Part shown: in pieces, positions 46,660 to 56,680 of the stretch
Layout: every line of letters begins with the position of its first letter
Numbering within the stretch: the first letter of the stretch is position 1
Assembly (NCBI GenBank): GCA_024639935.1
Contig: JAHEFZ010000009.1
Coordinates: forward strand, 3,894-67,893
Direction: 5' to 3'
DNA: 64,000 nt
Source: Microbacteriaceae bacterium
GTDB lineage: Bacteria; Actinomycetota; Actinomycetes; Actinomycetales; Microbacteriaceae
The notes under the pieces: model-generated
The model's input: only the letters and a program-made list of their open reading frames with translations
The model's database searches: none
What the model was told of the DNA's origin: nothing
Program-made: the position numbers and the translations under genes

Positions 46660-46672
46660 CGGTATTGGCGCG

Positions 46673-47299
46673 CTAATCAATTCCGATTCGAACGATATAG
46701 AAATTGGTTGTCCAGATGTCGCGAATGCTGACGAATCCACCTGCCGCCGGGGCATCGAGGATTTTTCCATTGCCCGCATAGATCCCGTCATGGCCCGCCA
46801 TGATGACCAGGTCACCGGGCTTGGCGTCGGCGAGGCGAATCGGTCGACCCATCATCGCTTGCGCGCTGGCACTGTGAGGAAGTTGAACACCGAACTGCGC
46901 GTAAACAAATTCGACAAGTCCCGAGCAATCGAAGCCGGCAGGGGACGCGCCACCGTAGCGATAGGGGACACCTATGTATTGCGTGGCAACGTCGAAAACT
47001 TTCGCCAGGCTGAAGTCGGGATAGCGCGGGTTTTTGAGATAGTCCTCGACGGACGGCCCGAGGTAACTGGGATACACGATGCCTGCCATGGCAGCACTCT
47101 GAATTTCGGCAAAAGTGGATGCTCGGAATTGTGATTGATCAACGGCGAGCGACGTATCGCTGGTCACAACAATGTCCTGGGTGGCTTCATCAGTGGTGAC
47201 TATTTCGGCTTTGAAGGCATAGGCAGGCAACGCAACTGTTCCCACCAACGCCGCTACTAGTGCGAAAACCGAAGCGCGCCGAGCCTTTTCGCCGACCAT
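46673..47299 (-). CDS. NlpC/P60 (C40) family peptidoglycan endopeptidase
   Basis: Signal peptide MVGEKARRASVFALVAALVGTVALPAYA. The catalytic block is GVPYRYGGASPAGFDCSGLVEFVYAQ with a downstream His (GHDGIY). The start is uncertain. The track ORF extends to 47479 with a basic, non-signal-like extension. Confidence 0.85.
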   Translation of the reverse strand: MVGEKARRASVFALVAALVGTVALPAYAFKAEIVTTDEATQDIVVTSDTSLAVDQSQFRASTFAEIQSAAMAGIVYPSYLGPSVEDYLKNPRYPDFSLAKVFDVATQYIGVPYRYGGASPAGFDCSGLVEFVYAQFGVQLPHSASAQAMMGRPIRLADAKPGDLVIMAGHDGIYAGNGKILDAPAAGGFVSIRDIWTTNFYIVRIGID

Positions 47300-47640
47300 C
47301 GCACGACCTGCCCTGTGGGCAGTTGGACGTATTCCACGAATGACGCGGGCGATGAATCGAACGACGTCACCGATTGCGAGGGCTGTGGTGTGGCCGATCC
47401 GAAAGAAAGCGTTATCCAAGAGTTTTCTCCTGAGCCCGAGGCGCTTTACCTCCCCGTCATTCCGTTTGTTTAACCTCACACAGACGGGGAATTCGGGCCG
47501 TGTGCAGCTGTTCTGTGAGCGCGGTGGCGCGTGTGGAACATTGTTAGTTTATCAATCGAGCCACTCCGCGAGCACACCGAGCCTTTCGGCGTGGCACAAC
47601 TAACGAATTTAGGACCGTGTGGATTGTTTAGACTTAGGCG

Positions 47641-48747
47641 ATGGCCGACTTCCAACTCCCCCCCGCGCTCGTCCCCGATGACGGCCGGTTTGGCTGTGGT
47701 CCATCGAAAATTAGACCAGAGCAAGTCGACCACCTAGTTGCGCATGCGCATCTATTGGGAACGTCCCATCGCCAGAAGCCCGTCCGTGAACTCGTTGGTC
47801 GAGTGCGCGCGGGCCTCGCGGACCTGTATCGATTGGCCGACGGCTACGAAGTGGTTCTCGGGAATGGCGGCTCGACTGCTTTTTGGGACGCGGCGGCCTT
47901 TTCGCTCATCGAAAAGCGCAGCGCGCATCTTTCTTTTGGAGAGTTCGGGCAGAAATTCGCGACAGCGGCGAGCGCACCGTGGCTCAGCGCTCCTGCTGTC
48001 GTGAGGGGCGATCCGGGAACCGTCGCGGCGTTCGCGGGTGACGAGGAAGCGGATATTTTCGCCTACCCCCACAACGAAACGTCAACCGGCGCGATGGCAG
48101 CGGTCAGCCGTCACGGTTCGGAAGGTGCGCTCACCGTTGTTGATGGAACGAGCGCGGCCGGCGGTGTCGCTATCGATGCACGCGCGACTGATGTGTATTA
48201 CTTCGCTCCGCAAAAGAACTTCGCGAGCGACGGCGGCCTGTGGTTCGCCCTCATGTCCCCCAAAGCCATCGATCGGATCGGGCGCGTCGCCTCGAGCGAT
48301 CGCTATATCCCCGAGTTCTTGTCGCTCAACATCGCGGTCGAAAACTCGCGACTCGATCAAACTCTCAACACTCCTGCCATAGCGACACTTCTGTTAATGG
48401 ACGCACAAATCCAGTGGATCGCCGAAAACGGCGGACTGGACTGGGCACACGCACGGACAAAGAATTCCTCCGACCTTGTTTACGCGTGGGCAGAAGCACA
48501 CCCGACCGCGTCGCCGTTCGTCTCCAATCCCGAACATCGTTCGCAGGTGGTCGCGACCATTGACTTCGATGGGAGCGTCGATGCGAGCAAAATTTCGGCG
48601 ATGTTGCGGTCGAACGGAATTGTCGATATTGACCCATACCGGAAACTCGGACGCAATCAACTTCGAATCGCGACATTCACCGCAATTGAACCGAGTGACG
48701 TCTCGCGCCTGCTCGGCGCGATTGATGCGGCAATCGCGGCGCTCTAG
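47641..48747 (+). CDS. serC: phosphoserine aminotransferase (actinobacterial type)
   Basis: 368 aa. DGRFGCGPSKIRPEQ start and the NETSTG and FAPQKNFASDGG (PLP-Lys) blocks are typical of the mycobacterial-type SerC. Confidence 0.92.
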   Translation: MADFQLPPALVPDDGRFGCGPSKIRPEQVDHLVAHAHLLGTSHRQKPVRELVGRVRAGLADLYRLADGYEVVLGNGGSTAFWDAAAFSLIEKRSAHLSFGEFGQKFATAASAPWLSAPAVVRGDPGTVAAFAGDEEADIFAYPHNETSTGAMAAVSRHGSEGALTVVDGTSAAGGVAIDARATDVYYFAPQKNFASDGGLWFALMSPKAIDRIGRVASSDRYIPEFLSLNIAVENSRLDQTLNTPAIATLLLMDAQIQWIAENGGLDWAHARTKNSSDLVYAWAEAHPTASPFVSNPEHRSQVVATIDFDGSVDASKISAMLRSNGIVDIDPYRKLGRNQLRIATFTAIEPSDVSRLLGAIDAAIAAL

Positions 48748-49217
48748 TCGTCATCGATACCGTCAAAAACGTCCGAGTCGGCGAACGGCGATTCAACGAC
48801 ATCCGCAAGATCAACTGAGTCGACGTCGTCGTCGAAATCATCATCGTCGTCAACATCGTCATCGTCATCGTCGAGGTCATCGACTTCATCATCGGGAACG
48901 ACCACAATGGCGTCTTCGATTCCCGCGGCGATCGATTCCTCATACTCGCGCAGGCGATCCGCCCACGGAACCCAGTCGGGTGCCTGAATTGCCGTATCAC
49001 CTGCAAGAAGTTCGGTCTCGAGAATCGTCGTCGAGTTGCCGTCCACGGCGAGCGAGGTGACCCAGTCCCACCCGACATAGCCGGGAAGGTTGGAGCCGAA
49101 ACGCACGTTCACGATTCCGTCCGATTCTTCGGACGAAAGCACCGAGCCGATTGAGTCAGCCGAGGTAATGGTCTCGAGGGCAGCGCGCGCCGCCTGCTCA
49201 AGGGCTTTAGGCGTCAA
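48744..49217 (-). CDS. DUF3027-like acidic protein
   Basis: The block WDWVTSLAV...LLAGDTAIQAPDWVPWADRL resembles my recollection of DUF3027. The csp / DUF3027 / serC gene order is common in Actinobacteria. The tail is extremely acidic, a run of D residues. The start is uncertain: TTG at 49217, ATG at 49268, or the track ATG at 49379, which overlaps csp. Confidence 0.5.
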   Translation of the reverse strand: MTPKALEQAARAALETITSADSIGSVLSSEESDGIVNVRFGSNLPGYVGWDWVTSLAVDGNSTTILETELLAGDTAIQAPDWVPWADRLREYEESIAAGIEDAIVVVPDDEVDDLDDDDDDVDDDDDFDDDVDSVDLADVVESPFADSDVFDGIDDD

Positions 49218-49587
49218 AGTTATCCGCAACCTTCCGGAGCACGGCAGCGATCTTGCGCGCGTGAGCATTTGCCGGGTAATGCCCGCGCCGCAAATCAGAG
49301 CTGGCAGATTCCAACATCCGGATGACATCTTCGACGATGACCACCATGTCGTCTGCCGGTCGGCGACGGCTGCGCACAACCGATTGCGGTTCGTCGAGGA
49401 TCAGGACACCGTGTGCTTGGAGTCCCCGTTTACCGTCGACAGTGCCATACTCGACCCGCGCACCGGGTTGAACGGTGATTCCCGTCGGTAAGCCCGAGGC
49501 GTGCAAAAATACCTCGACACCGTCATCGCCTTGGATGAATCCAAAACCCTTTTCTTCGTCGAAGAACTTCACTTTTCCGGTTGGCAT
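49207..49587 (-). CDS. cold-shock domain protein with C-terminal extension (CspB-like)
   Basis: MPTGKVKFFDEEKGFGFIQGDDG..VFLH carries the RNP1 (KGFGFI) and RNP2-like motifs. About 126 aa from the ATG at 49587 (the track ORF starts 15 codons earlier). Confidence 0.85.
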   Translation of the reverse strand: MPTGKVKFFDEEKGFGFIQGDDGVEVFLHASGLPTGITVQPGARVEYGTVDGKRGLQAHGVLILDEPQSVVRSRRRPADDMVVIVEDVIRMLESASSDLRRGHYPANAHARKIAAVLRKVADNFDA

Positions 49588-49640
49588 TTCTCTCCTTGTA
49601 AACAGACCCTTACCGAGGATACCTGTCGGCACGATAAACT

Positions 49641-51260
49641 ATGCGGATGCCTTCTTCTCATGACGCGTCGACACGCCTGGGAACGATGACTTACAGCCAG
49701 CTCGAATCGCTTGTCGTGACGCGTCACTGGCAATTGGGTAAACAGCACGATCTGCACGACCTCGCTGACACCCTCCTTTCCACCGAATCCATCGTGCCCA
49801 CCCTTCGGTCGCTCGCGCGCCCCGAGCTTGTCGCCCTTGCCTCGGGAACGGCGGGTGCCTATGCACAGAACATTTTGCTGGCCGATGCGACCGGGTTGCC
49901 CTACCCCGAGGTTGGGTCGTTACTACCCGCGCTTCTTGACCAGCCCGCTCCTGTCGAAATGGAAACCGCCGGGGACAGCTCTAACATCGCGTTGCACAGT
50001 GTCGTCGCACTTCGCGATCTAGTCGAATGGGTCTCCCACGACCCGCTCACGATGGGGGCGACCGGTGGCTTACTCCGAGCCGAAGAGAAGGTCCTCGCCG
50101 CTGGACTCGTCGTGTCCGAGGACGATGCCATCGCGATAGCCCGAATCGCCGAGGCCGCCGGACTCGTACGAACCATCGACCGCCGAATGTATGCAACAAC
50201 TCGTGGGATGGCACTTTCCGACGATCTCGTCGCGCTCTGGACCGCGGCCTTCGGCGGAATCGTGGCCGATCTCGGAACCTCCGTACTCGAAAACTGTGCG
50301 ATGGTTGGTCGTCTCGACCTGCCGTTCTTGGAATGGCTGCTCCCGCTACGCGACACTCGCGAATCCTTCATACTGAACCGCGTCGCAACCGAGTCACAAC
50401 TTTTTGGCTTGACCGCCGGCGGAACAACCGACCTCGGTCGGATTGCAATCGCGGGCATCGACTCGGTTGCCAAATTTTTCGACCCGCTACTGCCGGAATT
50501 GCAGACCTCGGTTTATGTGCTCGATGACCTGAGCATCATCGCGCCGGGTCCTATAACGACCGACACCGCGAAGTTTCTCGCCCAGATATCGCGTCTCGAA
50601 ACACGAGGACTAGCGCCGAAGAGGCGTCTCGACCCCGCACTACTCTTGCGTGCGGTTGCCACAGGGACGACGGTCGATTCCATTGTTACGCGTCTCACCG
50701 AACTGTCGCTCACGCCGGTGTCGGCAGCGGTAACGTCAACGATTGCGGACATCGCAAATAATGGGCGGTACATCACCCTCAACGGAACAGGAACAGATAC
50801 CGCCGCCAAGGCCTCGCATCCTGAACTCGGTGAAATGCTTTTGTCCGACCCACGACTGCAGCGACTCGCTCCGGTGAAGATCGATGCCCTGTCAGTGCTC
50901 TACGGCGCATCGCGGTTGCGCGTCGAAACTACGCTCGTTGAAAATCGCTACACCGTCGTCGCGCCGGCGGCGGAACCCGTCATTGTCGAACCCAGTATCC
51001 CGACGTCATTGGTAGAACTTGCGCAACGCCTGTTCGAGACAGGGCTCGGGTCCACCCACCTTGAACGCGCACTAATTACGGCGGGCAAAACTCGCAGCAA
51101 AGTAACTCTGCTGGTTGAAACGAGCGCGGGAAACAAAACAATCACCCTCGAACCCCGTCATGTTGCAAACGGACGCGTCCGTGGTCTTGATACCGTTGCC
51201 GACGTGGAACGCACGCTACCCATTTCAGCCATTCTCGAACTTCTTGCAGTCGGAGAGTAA
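49641..51260 (+). CDS. conserved hypothetical protein co-operonic with XPB helicase (helicase-associated partner)
   Basis: 539-aa ORF ending 3 nt before the XPB gene start. I recall an equivalent partner ORF next to mycobacterial XPB. I recognise no catalytic motif. An alternative start is the ATG at 49686 (MTYSQLESL), which would leave more room for the divergent csp 5' UTR. Confidence 0.65.
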   Translation: MRMPSSHDASTRLGTMTYSQLESLVVTRHWQLGKQHDLHDLADTLLSTESIVPTLRSLARPELVALASGTAGAYAQNILLADATGLPYPEVGSLLPALLDQPAPVEMETAGDSSNIALHSVVALRDLVEWVSHDPLTMGATGGLLRAEEKVLAAGLVVSEDDAIAIARIAEAAGLVRTIDRRMYATTRGMALSDDLVALWTAAFGGIVADLGTSVLENCAMVGRLDLPFLEWLLPLRDTRESFILNRVATESQLFGLTAGGTTDLGRIAIAGIDSVAKFFDPLLPELQTSVYVLDDLSIIAPGPITTDTAKFLAQISRLETRGLAPKRRLDPALLLRAVATGTTVDSIVTRLTELSLTPVSAAVTSTIADIANNGRYITLNGTGTDTAAKASHPELGEMLLSDPRLQRLAPVKIDALSVLYGASRLRVETTLVENRYTVVAPAAEPVIVEPSIPTSLVELAQRLFETGLGSTHLERALITAGKTRSKVTLLVETSAGNKTITLEPRHVANGRVRGLDTVADVERTLPISAILELLAVGE

Positions 51261-51263
51261 AAC

Positions 51264-52892
51264 GTGAACGGTCCTCTTATTGTCCAAAGCGATCGAACGG
51301 TGCTACTCGAAGTTGGTCATGAACACGCAACGGACGCGCGTCACGCGTTGGCCGTTTTCGCCGAATTGGAACGTGCACCCGAACACATTCACACCTATCG
51401 AATCACGCGACTGGGACTGTGGAACGCGCGAGCGGCCGGTCACACCGCTGAAGAAATGCTCGCGACTCTCGAGACATATTCGAAATTCCCGGTCCCTCAG
51501 GTTGTAGCGACCGACATCGTGGACACCGTTTCACGCTATGGTCGAATTGTCGTCGAACGCGATGCGGACGGGCTATTCCTCGAAGCACAGTCTCCGCAAA
51601 TCCTCGCCGAGGTTGTCCGAACCACGAAGCTCGCACCGTTGCTCGGGGAGGTCATGAGCGGAACTGTCGTGCGGCTCAACGATTGGGCGCGTGGAATCGT
51701 AAAACAAGAACTTTTGGGTATCGGCTGGCCAGCCGAGGACCGTGCCGGATTCACCGAGGGAACACCCATGACTGTCGCCCTCGACAACACCTCCTGGGAT
51801 CTGCGCGGTTACCAACGCGAAGCCATCGACCTTTTCGATAAGTCGGGGGCGGGTGTCGTCGTTCTACCGTGTGGCGCGGGTAAAACCGTCGTCGGAATCG
51901 GCGCGATGGTCGAGGGGCAATCCTCGACACTCATACTCGTGACAAACTCGGTGTCCGCTCGCCAATGGCGCGACGAAATCCTTGCGCGCACGACCTTGAC
52001 CGCCGATGACATCGGCGAGTATTCGGGTGAAAAAAAGGAAATCAAGCCCGTGACCATCGCGACGTATCACATTCTCACTGCCAAACGGCGCGGTTCGTTC
52101 GCGCACTTGCCGCTGTTGGACGCAAACAACTGGGGACTCATTATTTACGATGAAGTCCATTTGTTGCCCGCGCCGGTGTTCAAACTGACGGCCGATTTGC
52201 AAGCCCGTCGACGTCTCGGATTGACCGCGACGCTGGTGCGTGAGGATGGGAAAGAGGGCGATGTTTTTAGCCTGATTGGTCCCAAACGTTTTGATGCACC
52301 GTGGAAAGAAATCGAGGCTCAAGGGTTCATTGCACCGGCGCGGTGTGTCGAGGTGCGTGTGTTGCTCGAACCCGACGAGCGTATGGATTACGCGGTCGCG
52401 AACGAGCGGCAACGGTTCCGAATCGCGGCAACGAGCCCGGCGAAACGTCCCATCATTTCACGATTGATAGAGCAGCACCCCGACGACCAAATCCTTGTCA
52501 TCGCCCAGTATCTCGACCAGATTGACGACGTGTCCGACACGCTCGGGCTTCCGACCATTACAGGGGCGACTCCCGTCGACGAACGCGAAGTGCTCTACGA
52601 CAAGTTCCGCACCGGTGAAATTCGCGTTTTACTCGTCTCGAAAGTCGCAAATTTTTCGGTCGACCTGCCCGACGCGTCCGTGGCGATTCAGATATCGGGG
52701 TCTTTTGGATCTCGACAAGAGGAGGCCCAGCGTCTCGGTCGAATCTTGCGCCCGAAGAGCGATGGTCGAAGCGCCGTTTTTTACACCGTTGTCGCTCGCG
52801 ACACTGTTGAACAAGATTTTGCTCAGAACCGCCAGCGATTCCTCACCGAACAGGGCTATGCCTACGAGATTGTCGACGAAGGCGCGATTTAG
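51264..52892 (+). CDS. DNA repair helicase XPB/ERCC3 (SF2)
   Basis: 542 aa with a GTG start. Motif I VLPCGAGKTVVG, motif II IYDEVHLL, motif III TATLVRED, and motif VI QRLGRILR. The N-terminal damage-recognition-like domain is present. Confidence 0.9.
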   Translation: MNGPLIVQSDRTVLLEVGHEHATDARHALAVFAELERAPEHIHTYRITRLGLWNARAAGHTAEEMLATLETYSKFPVPQVVATDIVDTVSRYGRIVVERDADGLFLEAQSPQILAEVVRTTKLAPLLGEVMSGTVVRLNDWARGIVKQELLGIGWPAEDRAGFTEGTPMTVALDNTSWDLRGYQREAIDLFDKSGAGVVVLPCGAGKTVVGIGAMVEGQSSTLILVTNSVSARQWRDEILARTTLTADDIGEYSGEKKEIKPVTIATYHILTAKRRGSFAHLPLLDANNWGLIIYDEVHLLPAPVFKLTADLQARRRLGLTATLVREDGKEGDVFSLIGPKRFDAPWKEIEAQGFIAPARCVEVRVLLEPDERMDYAVANERQRFRIAATSPAKRPIISRLIEQHPDDQILVIAQYLDQIDDVSDTLGLPTITGATPVDEREVLYDKFRTGEIRVLLVSKVANFSVDLPDASVAIQISGSFGSRQEEAQRLGRILRPKSDGRSAVFYTVVARDTVEQDFAQNRQRFLTEQGYAYEIVDEGAI

Positions 52893-52975
52893 CAACGGAG
52901 GCACAAAGACCCGGGTTTTCCACAGATTGCCGTCGAAGTCGAGCCAGCGCGAAGGTCGTGCGCGAGGCTCGAAGG

Positions 52976-53266
52976 ATGACAAGTTTCCACGTTGACGCCC
53001 ACGCTCTCGACGATGCCGCGTCGCACATTACTCGAACAATCGAATCAATTCACGCCGACATCGCTAGCCTCACAAGTCAACTTCGGGGGCTCGACGGTTC
53101 CTGGTCAGGTCCAGCGGCACTCGCTTTCGCGGGAGTCGTCGATGAATGGATGGCGGCCAGTACGCGCGTGACCGAGTCATTGAGTGATATTGGCGCTGCA
53201 CTACGCCAGATTCAGGCGCACTATCTCGAAACGGAACAGGCGAACGTGCGAATTCTCGGCCGTTAA
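52976..53266 (+). CDS. WXG100 family (Esx-like) small protein
   Basis: About 96 aa and helical, with a central W-S-G (LDGSWSGPAALAF) between two helices. Start trimmed to MTSFHVD. Confidence 0.7.
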   Translation: MTSFHVDAHALDDAASHITRTIESIHADIASLTSQLRGLDGSWSGPAALAFAGVVDEWMAASTRVTESLSDIGAALRQIQAHYLETEQANVRILGR

Positions 53267-53271
53267 TAAAA

Positions 53272-53301
53272 GGACGGGGATGGCTTTCACCATCCCCGTC
53301 C
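53272..53301. terminator. strong hairpin terminator between the WXG100 gene and groEL (convergent)
   Basis: ggacggggatgg-ctttca-ccatccccgtcc is a perfect 12-bp stem. On the minus strand it is followed by TTTTATT, so it best serves groEL. Confidence 0.8.
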
Positions 53302-53313
53302 AAATTAAGTGAA

Positions 53314-54966
<1,653 letters not shown>

Positions 54967-54969
54967 TTA

Positions 54970-54996
54970 TTGGCACTCACGGTATGCGAGTGCTAA
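54970..54996 (-). promoter_or_regulatory. CIRCE (HrcA operator) element 1
   Basis: TTGGCACTC-ACGGTATGC-GAGTGCTAA versus the consensus TTAGCACTC-N9-GAGTGCTAA (1 mismatch). It lies 37 nt upstream of the groEL start. Confidence 0.88.
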
Positions 54997-55004
54997 CTCT
55001 CAGT

Positions 55005-55031
55005 TTGGCACTCACAGTAAGAGAGTGCAAA
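55005..55031 (-). promoter_or_regulatory. CIRCE (HrcA operator) element 2
   Basis: TTGGCACTC-ACAGTAAGA-GAGTGCAAA (2 mismatches to consensus). In tandem with element 1. Confidence 0.8.
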
Positions 55032-55046
55032 TTGACTGTGGAAAAC

Positions 55047-56072
55047 CTAGCGGCGCTTTGCTTCGAAATAACCGCTCGTCGTCGGAACTAACTCGATCCA
55101 CGTTCGACCAGGGGCCAGTTTAATAGTTTCGCCATTCGCCAAAGTGAAGACAGTCATCGAATCTGGTTGCGACTTAGTCCAGATTGCCTCGACTGTCTTG
55201 CCACCGGTGGAAATCCACGCGACACCTGTGCCGACCACGCGGGCGTGAGGGACATATCCATACTCACTCGACTCATCGACTAATTGCGCAACGACATTTC
55301 GAGCGGTCAATTGCTGCTGATTCTGGTCAACATCAGCTTGTCCGCCCGCCTGGAGACGGCCGTACATGCCTGATTCAGAGTCGAATTCCCACGAGGGGGA
55401 ATTGTAGGCGGAGAACGACGTGACCAATCGCCCGGCTTCCTTACCCTGCTCCATGGCAGTCGGGGTGGCCCCGTCACCAGCAAATTCAAATGCTGGGGCC
55501 GGCGGAGCGAGGTCAGAGAGTGTTTCCATCAAACTTTTTGCACGAACAATCACGTCGTGCGGAGAAACCATGGTGTCTGAGCGATAGATGTAGGCATCCG
55601 TGCCCGATTGCCCGTGAATAACGTTGTCCAATCCGGTATCAATCATCATCTGAACAAACCGTTGCTGACCACCGGAATACGTGATCGCGCCGCCAAACGG
55701 CGCTGCGATTTCAGGATCCATGGGCCGAATTGAACGAATTGGCCCGATCTCCGTCGGAATCACCGAATGCCATACGACCAGGTAGCGGGAAAGCCCTCCT
55801 TCGACAAGTTCCTCGAACACGATGTCCGCCTCATTAAGTCCGACTTGGGGACGTGCCTCGGGACTATTGTCAATCTTTGCCATTAACACCGGCTGGTCAA
55901 GTGAACCAACGGGAACGGGAGCACCCGAGAGTGGTGCGTTTTCCACTGCCGCCGGATTTGCGGACGGTGTGGAATTCGGGTCGAGGTCTTGCCCAGACAA
56001 CTGATTTCCGCCACAACCCGCAAGGGATGCGACCACGACCGCGCTCAGGGCGATGAAGAATTTCTTTTTCAT
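55047..56072 (-). CDS. DUF3048-like lipoprotein
   Basis: [22 protein letters not shown] lipobox. The block [43 protein letters not shown] matches my recollection of DUF3048. Confidence 0.75.
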   Translation of the reverse strand: MKKKFFIALSAVVVASLAGCGGNQLSGQDLDPNSTPSANPAAVENAPLSGAPVPVGSLDQPVLMAKIDNSPEARPQVGLNEADIVFEELVEGGLSRYLVVWHSVIPTEIGPIRSIRPMDPEIAAPFGGAITYSGGQQRFVQMMIDTGLDNVIHGQSGTDAYIYRSDTMVSPHDVIVRAKSLMETLSDLAPPAPAFEFAGDGATPTAMEQGKEAGRLVTSFSAYNSPSWEFDSESGMYGRLQAGGQADVDQNQQQLTARNVVAQLVDESSEYGYVPHARVVGTGVAWISTGGKTVEAIWTKSQPDSMTVFTLANGETIKLAPGRTWIELVPTTSGYFEAKRR

Positions 56073-56096
56073 TCGAATACGTCCAATCCGAGTGGG

Positions 56097-56654
56097 TTAG
56101 CGAACAAAGTCTTTTCCTACCAGCACAGTAACGGTCGCGCCGGGGTAAGTATCGGATTGTTTCACCGCCGCGATTCCGAGGCTGTCCGCGACACTCGTTG
56201 CGAGCGAAAGGTTTCGGTTCGGGCCATACACAACAACGCTGACCGTGATGGTGGAATCCGCCGCATCCGCAGTCGAAATGTTCGGCCAGCCCTGAGTCGT
56301 CAGGATAGCGGCAACGTCCTCAGCAAGCGTGGCTGATGTCGTCCCGTTGAGCACCGTGATGGTGATTTGTTGAAGTTCCTCCTCGGTGAGGAGTGTCGGG
56401 TCAACGCCCGTGATCTGTGGAGCCGGAGCCGCCGTGATACCCAACGCCGAGATATCGATTGGCTGAAGGTTCCGTGCATCGAGAACTGCGACGCCCGCCA
56501 TCGCGGCAAGAATCAGCCCCGCTGTTACCCCAATCGAAATGAGTGTCGTTACCCACCAAGGTCGGCGCGAAATGGGCTGGCGGTGAGCCCCCGCCCGCCC
56601 AAGGTAGGAACTCTCATCGTCAAATCGGTCCTGTGGTTTTTTTGCCACGTGCAC
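56097..56654 (-). CDS. LytR C-terminal (LytR_C) domain membrane-anchored protein
   Basis: One TM segment (WWVTTLISIGVTAGLILAAMAGVAV). Followed by ITVLNGTTSATLAEDVAAILTTQGW...VVVYG, typical of LytR_C domains. Confidence 0.72.
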   Translation of the reverse strand: MHVAKKPQDRFDDESSYLGRAGAHRQPISRRPWWVTTLISIGVTAGLILAAMAGVAVLDARNLQPIDISALGITAAPAPQITGVDPTLLTEEELQQITITVLNGTTSATLAEDVAAILTTQGWPNISTADAADSTITVSVVVYGPNRNLSLATSVADSLGIAAVKQSDTYPGATVTVLVGKDFVR

Positions 56655-56680
56655 GTCACATCCGTCTGCAGTCGTTCGGC

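Noticed and set aside
47480-47640. ydaO/c-di-AMP riboswitch in the 5' leader of the NlpC/P60 gene, expected from known actinobacterial biology
   Set aside because: CCCGAAU and ACGGGGAGG-like strings occur, but in the reverse order relative to the consensus. The AAUC and ACCUCGUA blocks are missing, so no convincing match can be made by eye.
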